64,000 bases of DNA. Source: Lama glama (taxonomy: Eukaryota). The stretch is taken from contig CM052838.1 in assembly GCA_028534125.1 (NCBI GenBank), forward strand, positions 63,798,001 through 63,862,000, written 5' to 3'. Shown piece after piece: positions 25,086-37,470 of the stretch. The translations under genes were made by a program, and so were the position numbers. The notes below the pieces were generated by a model. It had not been told where the DNA came from, made no database searches, and saw only the letters and a program-made list of their open reading frames with translations. Numbering within the stretch: the stretch's first letter is position 1; each line of letters starts with the position of its first letter.

Positions 25086-28000
25086 GGGAAATGTGTCTGA
25101 TAACGTGTAACCAGAGGGAAGGTCTGACACATGCTTGGTCACTGACTCAGCGTGGCCCGTCCGAGTCTCCTGGACCCACATCTTGCGAGCCACCCTGGGC
25201 AGGAAGGCGCCGGGGAGTGCGCTGCTGTGTCTGCGCGAGGGAAGGAGCCGTCGGGCGGGGTCTTCCTCAGAGGCAGGTCCAGAAGCTATCCCAGCTTCAG
25301 TGTTCAGTGTAGGGAAAAGACGAGACACAAAACGTCTTGACTTTCTAGAGGAGGCTGTAAACCAGGGAAGGTGACAGTCCAGTGTTTTCATCTGGATGCT
25401 TGTCGTTCCCTTGACGAGTAAGTTTGTGTTTTCTTGCTTCCGGACAGGTAGCTTCCAGACCCCGCCCCGCTCTCACCTCTGTGCCCTCGACAGTCGGCGT
25501 GCTCTAAACCTGGCGGACAGTCTTGTAGGAATGGAGGAAACATCTGTATCTTAAAAAGAAATCCTTTTTTAAGATGTTAAGCGTTAGCTTGCTTGCTAAC
25601 AGAGTAGGTTCTTAGCATTTTTAAAAAGTAGTTAATTAATTATCAAAGCGTTTTTTATTCTGCTACAGCCTGGATTTTTCTTCTAATTAAAGTTACCCTT
25701 GAATTTAACATTGCAGATCTGTAAGATTTTCATCTGTAAATATTATTTGAAGAATTGAATCTGTTGTAATTTAGATAAAATGCATCAGCTAAATTTTGTA
25801 GTAACAAGTTTTACATTTCTGCTAGTTTTTGAAACATGCAATGGAGATTTTCCTCATGGTAGTGGGAAGATATGGGAGAGAGATGATTACATTAATCAGC
25901 TATTTGAACAAAGATCGGGTGTAGCTTACATATGATTTTGTAATAATCCCTTTTTCCAAGGAAAAATATTTGCACACTACTTAGTCATCGTGTCATTTGT
26001 AGATAAATTGGTTGTGGGTTGGTCTTTGTTTTTACTGACACACACATTCTGCGTGTAAATGTGGATTTCATGTATACTTCGTGCGTATCACAAGTGTCTG
26101 AAATCAGATAACTTGAGCAAAAATGATTTTTCTATATTAAACATGAAATTTCATTTGAACCTAGTTTAATTGGTGCTGTCATCCTCTTTTGCCTACTGTG
26201 AGCAGATCCCGGTACCCAGAGATGGCCCAGTCCGGGCAGCCCGGGATTTCCCGAGCCCGGCCAGTTCCTGGGGTGCCGCCCGACTCCATCCTGTCCCGTC
26301 GGCTGACCAGCTGGCCGGGGAGGGAGGAGGTTGGATCTGCCCCTTATTTGCTGCTCGGTTCCCACAGTGGGTGAGGGAGGGGGAGGAGTAACTCGGGACC
26401 AGAGGGGTAAAGGTGGCTCAGAGGCTTTGCTGTGTTGTGGCGTGTCGTCTTTTCTGGGAGCACACATGTGCAGGGCAAAGGCGAGGCCCACGCTGCTTCC
26501 TCAGCCACACGCTACAGCCCAGGTGTGAGGAGCAGAGGGGGTCCTGGTGCCCCCCAAGAGCTCGCAGTACAGCTGGGAGATGGTTCCAGCAGGTGAGGCG
26601 TGTGTTGCTGAGTGGAGGGGACGGGGGCCTGATTGCCTGCTGGTGACGGCATTGCTGTCCCTCACCCGAGGTGGGCCCTGGAGCTGCGATGGGGGGCTTC
26701 CCTAGAGGACCACGTGCCCCTTTGGATAAACTCTGCAGACCGCCTGGGGTGCGGGTGGAAGGCAGTCCTATTGCTTTATAGCCCTGCGTCGGGGCAGTCC
26801 TTGCGCTGGCTAATGAAGAGGAAGTCGGTGCTGTAGGAACAACTCCAGTCCCCTGGGCAGGGGTGCGTGTGTGGGTGGGACCGCAGGACTGCTGGTGCCC
26901 GGGGTTCTGGATCTGGACCAGTGCTGTGTGACCTCCCGCGTGGCCGGCATTTAAGCCAGCGTTCGGGACCTTGACTGTTGAAACATCGTGTGGCTGGAGT
27001 GACATCAAAGGGTAAACATCCAGCACAGGAGTGGGTCTATAGGGGGTGAAGGCAGGTGTGCCCTGCAGGACGTTCCTGAGACATGGGGTCACCTGGTTGA
27101 CCGGAGGGACCCTCTGAGGGACAGCTACATTCTTGCAGACGGAAGCTTGATTGTCTCTGCCACCACCAAGAAATCCACAGTGAGTGAAAGAGCGAAGCGG
27201 GTGTTCCTCGAAGGGTCTTTTCCTTTCCTTTCCTTTTCACTGGTGAGTGATGATCATCCGGATGGGATGTGTCCTCATGTCCCATCCGGACTGCTGGACT
27301 ATAATGGGGGGCACAAAGGACTGTCTCGGTACGTCACTCATTTTCTCCCCTTTTGGAAACTGAACCAGATTTTCACTATTATTCTGATGGGTCACTAAAA
27401 TTATACACACCCCTAGCAAACGTGGAAGGAAGCCCTAAGTGAAAGTGGAGACCTTTGCAATTTACGGAGCATCAAAATGTCGATGACAGCTGTCGAGGTT
27501 GGAAACTCTGCCCCAAGTGGCATTATTGGTGGGACTTCAGTGAAAATCAGCTGGTGCCCGGCTGCCAATCCGCTGTCTGGCGTTACCCATGCGTCCCGCC
27601 GAGCCTCGGGAGGCGGGGACTTGCTCCCACACCATCCTTGCGCGCACTTTGAGTTACCGGCAGTGCCACTCCGGCGTGGCTCCCGGCCTCCGCCTCCCCC
27701 GGGCCTGGGCCGCAGAGGCAGCTCCTGCCGGGCCTCTGGAGCACGTGTTCGCGGTGTCCTTGGCGCTGCTTTGGGTGGGGGTGGTGGCTCCCTCCACGGA
27801 TGCCCCGAATGGGGGCGGGTGTTGTTAGAAGGACACGTGTGTGAGGGGCCCTGGAGAGCCAGACGCCCAGCCTCAGGTGCATGTCCTGAGCCTCCTCCAC
27901 TGTCCCATCCACGTCCACCCCTGCTGGCCTCTCTGCCGCCCGGTGACCCTGCCGCCTGGCCCTGTGACTGGCACCGGCCGCTCCAGCAGCTCCCCCTCAT

Positions 28001-31000
28001 TTTACCTTTTGTCTGCTAAGTGCCTGGCCTCCATGTTGCTTTTAAATCCACGTGAAGGAGACGGGGATGCCAGCGCTGGTGCACAGCCCGCTGACAGTGG
28101 CCGTGGGCAGTGCTGCCTGGGACTCGGGGAGCCCTGACTGAGTCGTCCGCGTGGGGGTCCCGTTTACCGAGGAGGAAGCAGAGCGGGAGAGCTCGCGTGT
28201 GCTCACGGCCAGCAATGCCCCTCTGCTTTTCTCTGTCTAGGCCCAACTCCGTCCCGCCCGTACCCTGGGGACAGCATGTTCCCAGCTCTGACTGAAGCAC
28301 CACCGCCCAGAACTGGTGCCGAGGGGCCGTCCCCTTTAGGTTTCCCGCAGCTTCCTCACGGGGTGGACTGCTGCTTCGTCACCTAAAGTGAGGACAGCCC
28401 CTGTGCAGGGGACGCTTCAGCGGGTGGAGTGTGACTCAGGGATGTCTGACCCCCTGGGCTCAGGCCTGTGCCTCCCGCTGCAGGGGGTGCCCTCCGCGCC
28501 CTCGTGGCCAAGGCAGCTTTCCTGTGCCGAGTGGGCAGGCCGGGGACGCCGCGGTCCCGGGGTGTGACGTGGGAGTCCGGGCGCTGCCCCCGGGCCTGGT
28601 GCACACGGGCCCCAGAGGGACTGAGGTCGGTGCCCTGCCTGACAGTCTGCTTACAACAACGGACAACCAAGAAACCCCCCCTCTGGGAAACCTGCCGTCT
28701 CCCTGGGCAGCATTGCACTCTTCACTTCTTAATGGATCAAGTACACGGGGATATTTTATACATTTTAAAGGGCCAGACACACATGGGCAAAAAGGCCAAA
28801 GTGCCTTGTGCAAGCTCGCATGCGTTGTGGAGGATCGTGGCTCTCTGCGGGTCTGTCCCGCAGGGAGTTCCCGCCGGATTCTTTGTTTCCCGGGACCGGC
28901 CGTCCGGAGGCGTCACCTGAGGCTGTGCTGACTGACTGGCCACTGTGACGTCATCCTTCCAAAGCCCGGGCTGCTGTAAATTATGTTTTAAATGGTGTAA
29001 TTAAGAATTTCAGACGACTGAACTGTCTTTGAGGGGAAGAATCTGTCCCCTTCTCCGGAGAGAGAATTAGGTCTTAGAGTATATAGTTGTTGAAGAATTT
29101 ACTGTGAAGTAAAAGACTGGTATTTTATTCTTGCATTTATTAGTATTTAATCAAACGGAAAGTGCACTTTTGGTCTGGAAATCTTGGCTTCAACGTTAGG
29201 ATGAGACTGAATTATTGTTGAAAGAGTAAAAGGTACAGAATTATATGTTCAAGTTATCAAGCCACTGATAGGTTTTGGGCACGACGTAGCTAATGCAGGG
29301 CTTAGAATTTCCTGCCTCGGGTTAATCATTCGGAAGCAGCACGCACGTCGGTGGCTGGTGGCCTTGTTGTGGGGATGGCGTCCGTCCCTCCAGGAGCCTT
29401 GTGCCGCCAAGGCTGGCTCGTTCCCGGCCGCCGGAGCGTAGCCGGAACATAAGGCTCTTCCATTTGGGACACCCAGTCATAAATCACGCCGCGCTTCTAC
29501 CCGAGAATCCTTCACCACAGACACCGTGAAACTTATTCTTTATTACGGATCAAGAAGACTTAATTCCGTGGTCCTCGGTCGGGGCCAGGCTTGAGCCCTC
29601 CTGCAGACTAGCGGCTACTCTTTCTAAGCCAGTACTTAAGACATTCCGGAAAAATTTGTAACCACATCTTGCTTGACGTTGTGGTGTCAAGATAAGGGCG
29701 TGAGCACGCGGGATCAGAGGGGCCTTAAGGTTTGTTCATGAGCAGGTGGGAGGGAAGGATCCAGCGGCGCAAAGCCGGGGCGCCTGATCATCACTCCACT
29801 CACATTTAGGGCGGGAGGAGGCATGCTCTTCCTGCAGTGGACTGGAGGGTATTTCTGGCTTTTCAGGTTCTACGGTCTCGTCATGACCACAGCTGACCCT
29901 GGACCAGCCTGGGAGTGGGGCACCAGCCCCCTGCATGTTTGAAAATCCGGGTGTCACTGATAGTCCCAGTCGGCTCTGTGGTTCTGCAGCCGGGGACTCA
30001 GCCAAGCGCAGATCACGCATCCTCCTGCGTTTACTGTTGACAAACGCCCGCGTGTCAGTGGACCTGCGCGGTTCAGACCCGGGATGTCCGAGGGTCAGCT
30101 GTGCCGACAAGAGCTACTGCCACAGGACACAGTGAGCCTGGCCACCTTCTAGTGAAGCTGTATTCGAGACTGAAATTGGAATTTCGTATCATTTTCACAT
30201 GTCAGGATGTGTTTCCTTGGACTTTCCCCAACTACTGAGAAACGCCCTGCACCCCGCCCACCCCTGGTTGTTGGCAGGCGCTCAGGTGGCCGAGCTCTGC
30301 ACCCGCAGGTGTCCCAGCTGCTCAGGCCCGGCTCAGGCGCATCCTCTAGAACGTGCGGATCCACCCAGGGAAATGCTGATGGGCGGGGGGGGGGGCAGGC
30401 TGCTTCTGGGCCAGTGGGTCCTGGCAGCCTCCTGGCCTTGGGCGGGGCACAGTTCTGTAGGCCTCCCCAGAAGCTGCCGTCGGTTCACATCCCAAGTGTG
30501 GGGATGCTCTTCCAGGCCATTTGCTGGCGCTGTCTCTTGAGGATTTCAGCGGAGCCTGTTACAGAATCTGGATCTCACTGTACACACCGGGCTGGATGAA
30601 TCGGTGCAGACAGATTTGGTGACTGAACCTGGGGAAAGGGTTATAGTGATTCCCTTGTGTAAGCTGATTCTGTCACTGACACACAAGCGCATGTTTTTAA
30701 CATCCAAATTCTATCCATATGCAGGTGGGAGACTTTATTAACTAGGACTTTTCCCCAGGGCTTGATTGCAAACAGGCATGTGATGCTTCGATACTGCGGG
30801 GGCTTTACTGGGGTGGGGAGGACTGTGAATCCCATCTGCTGTGGGGAAGAGACGTTTGGGAGCTTTGCACCTTGCACCGTCCGGCTGGTCCAGGAAGCAT
30901 GTGCTCCCCCAGAGTCCCGTGGTGACCGTAGGCAGGCCGCCCTGTGCTGCTCTGAAACAGGGGCCTCTGGGGTCTGGCTGCTTTGCCTCGTTGGGCAAGT

Positions 31001-34000
31001 TGTGTCTCTCAGATTCTCCCACGTGTTCCAACATGTTACTTATTCTCTAAGAAGTCAGCCAAACGGCCCCGCTGTAGAGGCTTGTAAAGAAGGTTATTTT
31101 CTGCCGTGACGTATTTAAGCTGAAGCTTCCCAGGGCGTGCCAGGTCTAAGGGCTGACACTTCACGCAGAGCAGCAGCAGCCGCCCCTTTGCTCCTCCGGC
31201 ACGGGCTGTCACCAAGCGGCCCGGGCTTCCCAGTGCCGGGACGCAGGAATGCGCGCAGGCTGTGAGAGTTGTGCTCTTGGCAGAGCGAGCCGCAGGGCCC
31301 GTGCGGGGAGCCCCGGGGGCCAGAGCTCCCCGATCAGACCCCGCGGTCAGGGCAGCGCTCCCACCTTCCTGGAGATGGCTCCCTCGTCGCTGTTGGCAAC
31401 ACACGCAGCTCACGGGTACTGGACAGTGAGGGAGAATATGGTATTTTTCATGTTTTCCCTTCACAGTGAGCTATACGCGGATTGTCCTGGGTCCTCCCTG
31501 CGGTCCCGTGGCCAGGAGTGACGCAGGGCTGCGGTGAGGCCGGGGGAGGCCGGGGCCTGCGCATCAGCCCGCCGGTCGGGTCCTGAAGGCGGGTGTGGAC
31601 CCTGCGCCGCAGGGCGTGTTCCGTGCGGAGGACACTGGGGTTCCCAGTCCATGCTCGGGGGGCAAGAGTGGAACTCGGGGATCCCCATGGGGCTCAGGCC
31701 CCACATGGGGCCCAGGGTTCCCTGCATCGCGGAATCGGCCGCTCTCCCCACGGTGGCTGAGAACACAGAGGGGCTTTTAATAGTCAGAGGACCTGGCGGA
31801 GCGGGGCTGTGGGCTTTGAACCTGCGAGGAGGTTGCACCGGGTTCTGAGTGGCAGGTTCCGAGGTGCATGCTCCTGCTCGGGTCTGGCTGCGGTTGCCCG
31901 GCCTGGTGTCCCCTGCGCTGCCCAGGAGCCCGCGGGGAGGCTGGTCAGGTCCCTGTGTGGTCCCACCCCCAGCAGACCTGCCCCGTTGTGGGCACCACTC
32001 ACCCCTGGGGAAGGAGCTGTGAGCAGGGAGTGGGGGGCGCAGGGCCTGGGAGCCGCGCAGTCACCAAAGGCCGAGACCAGACCAGAGCTCCAAGGCCTCC
32101 TGCCCACTTCCTGCCAACCTCACGCCCCTTTCTGGGGACCCAGCGCCGGGGGGTGCTGGGCTGGTTAGACCCCTTAGGACCACACTGGGCCCTGAGGACA
32201 GGCTCCGCAGGGTGGAGGTGACCTGCGATGTGCTGGCTTCCCTGGTCCAGGTTCCTGCAGCTCCAAGGGGTGCTTAATGTCCCCCCTGGGTGCTGGCCCC
32301 TCGCTGTGCTCAGAGACCCCGGCAGTTTGATGGGCGAGAAGCAGGTGGGAGGGGCCGTTCTGCCAAATGAAGGGTTGTTGGCTGCTGTTCCAGATCCTGC
32401 TCTGATGGCTGTCAGTGCAGACTTCACACCCCGCCTCTGATCCTGGGCTCCTTGTGGAAGGTCTGGGCTTCACTTGTTCTTGAAACCTGCTTCCTCTGAT
32501 CATCTGTGCATCTGGTGTCCTGGCTGGTGACCCATTTGTGGTTAAAGACCAGTTTTTCCTTCTCTAAGTACTCAAAGCTTACTTCCGTGAATTGCCTAAA
32601 AAGGACTGAAGCAGAATCACCTGAACAAACAGTGCCTTAGAGCAGGACCACTCCCACCTTCTCCCAAAGAGCCCTCAGAGCAGGGGCAGCCGGGTCGTGA
32701 CCGCCAGCTTCCGAGGGTCTGGGAGCCCAGCAGTGGCAACCCTGCTTACAGTCTCCTCGGCTACCTTAGCGAAATTGAGATTATGGTTTTCCTGTTTTAT
32801 TGTCATGTTGCTGTAAAATTTTTTTCCTCCACAAAATTCATTAGCCAGCATGGTGTGCAGCTTGTGACTTTGTGTGCACTGGCCCCCACCGTGTGTGCTG
32901 AGCGTGCACACTGAGGTTTGAGCACACTTTGACACCAGTGCCTTCCATTTCACGGAGAGTCTTTGTGTGGGTTTGACTCTGGTCTGCGGTGCTCTGGTTG
33001 GGGGAAAGTTTTGTAGGGAGCATTTTAAAGAGATAAGTGACAGTAAGTAGTAAACCTCTAGAAAGGCTTCTGTAGGTCTTACTGTTCGGGGTTCTGGCAT
33101 CGTGTGCCAGTTTTTGGCTAGATCCAAAGAGATTTTAAACTGTTGGAATGAAATGTGAGCAGCAGTCTCACCTGGAAACATTTTCCAAACGTGCTTGAGG
33201 TTTCAGAAGGTTTCTGGAGCAGTTTGTCAAACGGTTGATGCACTTGCTCTTTGTGTGTTCTGTTTCTTTTACACACACACACAGGTTTGTATTCTCACTG
33301 CCCTGTAACTAACTCTTGTTTTATTACACAGACTTAAAACAGTGTTTGAGCTTCAGAACAGAGAAGTAGTCACCTTCTTGTGTTGCTCAGACTTGGTTTG
33401 ATAACATGAACAAAAATGAAGAGTTTGGAAAAGAAAACCCAGTTTTATTTTAAGTATAACTTTTAAATGTCGTCAGTGCCTGTTTTTGTGTAGAAATGGT
33501 TGTTTTAAAGACCAGTGGACAAGCTTCCTTAGATGTCCCTCTAAGGTGGCGGCTCTGACGGGCAGATGTTTTCACGTCTGTTTTATAAGGTGCGCTCTTC
33601 AGGTGACGTGGGATGCTGAGACGCACGTGCGTGTGGTGCTGTGGCGGCCGTTCTCCACCCTGGCCCCGAGCCCCCCAGCCCTTGTTTGGTTCTTCACAAC
33701 CAAGGCATCGCTAATCAGGAAGTTGCTCAGCAGGGCTGTGTCCAGTGATCGTAATGAAAGAGGCACAGGTCCCAGACCCAGGGCGTCCGTGTGTAAGCTC
33801 AGAGTGGGGAGAACGTGGCATTTGTGGGATTCCCATACGAGCAGTTTTTGGTTTGGAAGTTTAGCTGTGGAACTGATGCAGAATGGCTCCTCCCTCTGTG
33901 TGCCCGTGGTTGGGTTCACGGAAACTCAGCAGCAAGCAGGAAGCACCATTTTCCTTATGGGTCAGCCCCACAACAGGAGGCTTTGAATGATTCTTTTCTT

Positions 34001-34004
34001 AATT

Positions 34005-34575
34005 AGTAAACTTTATGTTTTTTAGAGGAGTTTTAGGTTCACAGCAAAATTGAGCAAAAGATACAGAGAGTTTCCTTACACTTCCTGCCCCAACCCGTGC
34101 ATAGCCCGCCCCCAACTATCGCCACCCCCGCCGGATGGTACATTTGACCGTGTTTACGTCTTGCTGGTGCGCTCTCTGTGGGTTTTGACCGTCGTGGTGT
34201 CATGTATCCACCGGTGCTTCGTCCTGCGCAATAGTCTCACTGCCCTGAAAATCCCGTGCGCCCCTTACTCATCCCTCCCTCCCCCCACCCCGGGAACCGC
34301 TCCTCTTTTTACTGTCTCCAAAGAGCTGGGATCCCAGAGTAGGCAGCCTCTTCAGATTGGCTTCTTTCCTGTAGGAATAGGCACTTAACGTTTCTTCCAT
34401 GTCTTTCCGTGGCTGGACACCGCGTTACTTTTTAGCGATGAATAATACACCAGCGTCTGGAGGAGCCGCAGTTTATCTAGCCGTTTTCCTACTGAAGGGC
34501 ATCCTGGTGGCTTCCTGGTTTTGGCCGCTGTGAAGAAAGCTGCCATAAACACCCGTTTGCAGATTTCTGTGTAGA
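34005..34575 (-). mobile_element. L1MC1/2-like 3' end
   Basis: tttttagaggagttttaggttcacagcaaaattgagcaaaagatacagagagtttcc, atagtctcactgccctgaaaatcc and cagcctcttcagattggcttctttc. Confidence 0.85.
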
Positions 34576-36689
34576 TAGAGAGGGATGTTTTTGCACGACT
34601 TTGGATGCAGTCTGAGTTCGACATGCCAGATGGCAGCACCGTTTTGTTTGGCAAAATCATTTCAACCTAACTGAACCCTTTTTGGTTGCTGGAGTGTATT
34701 GAGGAGCCCAGGCTCTGCCTGTCTTTTGTTGCCTGTGACCTGGCAGGTCTGTGCTGGGGAGGCCCTGGCTCATGGCGCGGTGAGCCAGGCCTCAGGCGGC
34801 CTCGCCTTCTCCCCAGCAGTTTCCTTCTCGACTTTTACGCCTGGTGGGGGTCAGCCCTACCCTCACCCGTCTCCCACCCTCCCTCGGCCCGGTTTCTTAC
34901 GAGGTGATGGTGTGAATATTTGTTCTCTTCCGGGGGTTTGACATGTGTTTCTTTGCTAATTAAGAGAATCCGTCCAGCCCGATGGTTGGGTGGGCTGACC
35001 TGAGCGCCGAGGACTAGAGGCGCTTCCCTGACGCGCTCTCCTTGTTCTCTGCTCAGCAGGGAGGTTGTAAAACAGCTGGCTTTCATTTCATGACGGCCCT
35101 GTTGGTGTCATGAGGGGCGGAGATGGGTCCTCCCCGCCCCTTGGTCGGTTCTCAGGGTGCCAGCGAGCTCCCACTTGGCACACCCAGCTCTGGGAAACAC
35201 CAAAGCCGCCGAGACGGGCGTCCCGGGCAGGCCTGGTGTGTGGCCGTGGGCCCCGAGCCCCTGACCTCCGGGGAGGTGACAGTAGCAAACGTCTCGGCAG
35301 CTTGTTTGGACCCTGCTTGTAAGAAGGCAGCCTCTTGACGGGCATTTTCAGTGCGTAGGATACTGATATTGGAAACGGTTAGAAGTGAAAGGTGCAGGAT
35401 TGATTGTGAAGACAGTTGTGAAAAGGACAGTTTTTAGACAGGTGTGGCCGGCCTGGGAAACTACAAGCAAAGGGGAAAGAAGACAGTTTATGTTTCTGGA
35501 TTTCTTGCTTTTCATAATGGGAACCCGGCCTCTGGCGCCAACTGCTTAATTCAGAACATTAAACGCCATTCATGTTAAAAGGGAGATGAAACGAAATTCA
35601 CTTCGTTTTTCAGCAGTCTCCAAATAGCCATGAAAAATCATTTTTTTCCTGCCACAAATTAGCGTCGGCCACTTTGTGGCTTCAGTGATGACACAGGGGG
35701 CCGGCCCCTGGGCTCTGTCAGGCCCTCGGCTGGGGCCACAGGGCTTGCGCTCCGGGAGAGTGGGAGGGGGGAGCCTGGCGGTGCAACCCCGTTTGTGTCC
35801 TGAGTGCAGCCTGCGGTCTGGTCCCCGTGAGCGCGGGGAGGCAGGCGGTACCGGACTCTCGGGCTCTGCTCAGGAACGCGGTCTCACACGGTGTGAGCAG
35901 CCCCATCTGCTCTCAGTGAATATTCAGAGAGCTGGCTTGTTGGCGCCTCCTCCACAGGACCCTCTAGTCTAGTCCTCAAAGCCCTGAACACTTGGGTTTG
36001 GCCCCTGACGACGCACTTTCTCCTTGTCCCCTACCCCGGTGGGGCGCCCCAGGCTTCTGCTCCAGGGCTGGTCCCGCGGGGCCAGTTGGCTGCTTCGGGC
36101 AGAAACCTGAGGTCGCTCGCTGCTCCCCGGACAGTCCCCTGGTAAGCAGCTGGTGCTTAGGGCTCATAGATGATTGGGTTTCTTTAAATTTCCCCCTCCA
36201 CTTTCTGGCTTGGAAACACGGCCAGCTGTTAGCTGAGCGGACTCTTGTCATTCAGCCCCAGGACCACTGCACACATCGTGACCCTGCTCCTCATGGATGT
36301 GGGTACAGTGTCCCAGACACAGCGCGCCCCTTCTGTGCCACTGACGTCCTTGGGGTCTCGGTGCTGCCACTGCCCATGCTGGTGCTCGGCGCTCCAGCAG
36401 CTGCCGTGGCGGCTCCTCTCGGACCCGGGCCCTCTCCCTTCTGGGGCTGCCGCCGCCTCCATTCACAGACACCTGCATCTACCCCAGCACCCAGGCCTCA
36501 GCGTGTGCAGGTCTGCCTGCCAGGGACTCGCCTCTCCTTCACCCTCCCCCGAAAACTCTGACCTGGCCTTTTTATGGCGGCACCTCCTCTAGGAAGCATC
36601 AGGTCCCCAGACCCCCAGCTGCAGGCTCCCATAATCCTGGAGTTCTCCTTCTGAGTCCTTACCTCAAGTATGATTCAGTGATTCGGGTA

Positions 36690-37470
36690 GTTAGCTCATG
36701 TGTTCAGCAGGTATGTACAAGCATCTGTGATGCATTCTAAGTGCTAGCATACAGCAGGAGACCAGTTAGAACTACTCCGACTTGAAGAAAACAGGAAATC
36801 CTCAGAACACTGGCTTGAAACAAACGGGCTTTCTTTTCCTTGCACAAGGAGAAGTTATCAGCAGACAACACTGCTATGGTAGTGGCTCACGGTGTCAGGG
36901 CTGGGGCTCTCCCGTCTCTTGGCCCTTGCCTCATGTTCACCAGATGGTTGCCACAGCTCCAGGCATCACATCTGCCATGTCAAGGAAGGAAGAAAGGGGA
37001 GGAGATGGTGCCAGCCACATAGGATTTTTTTTTAAATCAAAACAAGACCTGTCAGCAAACTTCTACTTATTGGCCAGAGTTGTCACAACATTTGCTACCT
37101 GTATTGGAGCTTAAGGCAATGCATAGCAAATAAACAAAGTGCATCTAGTGTAATTTCATGTGATCTAAGTGCTATAAAGAATGGGAAAGAAGGGATGGAG
37201 GAGCTGGACGATCTCAGGGTTTCTCTGAGATGAGACGGTGCTGTTTGAGCACGGTTGGGAGCTAAGTGGCGGAGGCCCCAGTGCCATATGTGAAGGGGAG
37301 GCATTTCAAGAAGCATGAGCGGCAGGTGCAAAGGCCCTGAAGCAAGAAGGACACCTGTGTGTGTGCGGAGCAGTGAGAGAAGAGTGGATTGGAGGTCCTG
37401 GTCAGAGATGAGGTCAGGCAGGAAGGGAGGGCCCCAGCTTGTTGGGGGCTGTTGCGGCTACATGTGTAGG
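36690..37470 (-). mobile_element. L2 fragment (36690-36775 and 37120-37470) interrupted by a MaLR LTR
   Basis: tgttcagcaggtatgtacaagcatc...ctaagtgctagcatacagcagga and gcaggtgcaaaggccctgaagcaagaagg...gagatgaggtcagg are antisense L2a words. Confidence 0.65.
36780..37105 (-). mobile_element. Old MaLR LTR (MLT1J/K/L-type)
   Basis: aacactggcttgaaacaa, agatggttgccacagctccaggcatcacatc and cagcaaacttctacttattggccagagttgtcaca. Confidence 0.65.

Noticed and set aside
27550-32200. Other CpG-rich patches (27550-28700, 31100-32200; also 56900-57720) as promoters
   Set aside because: CpG density is lower and more diffuse, with no clear GC-box cluster. They are better explained by regional GC drift.
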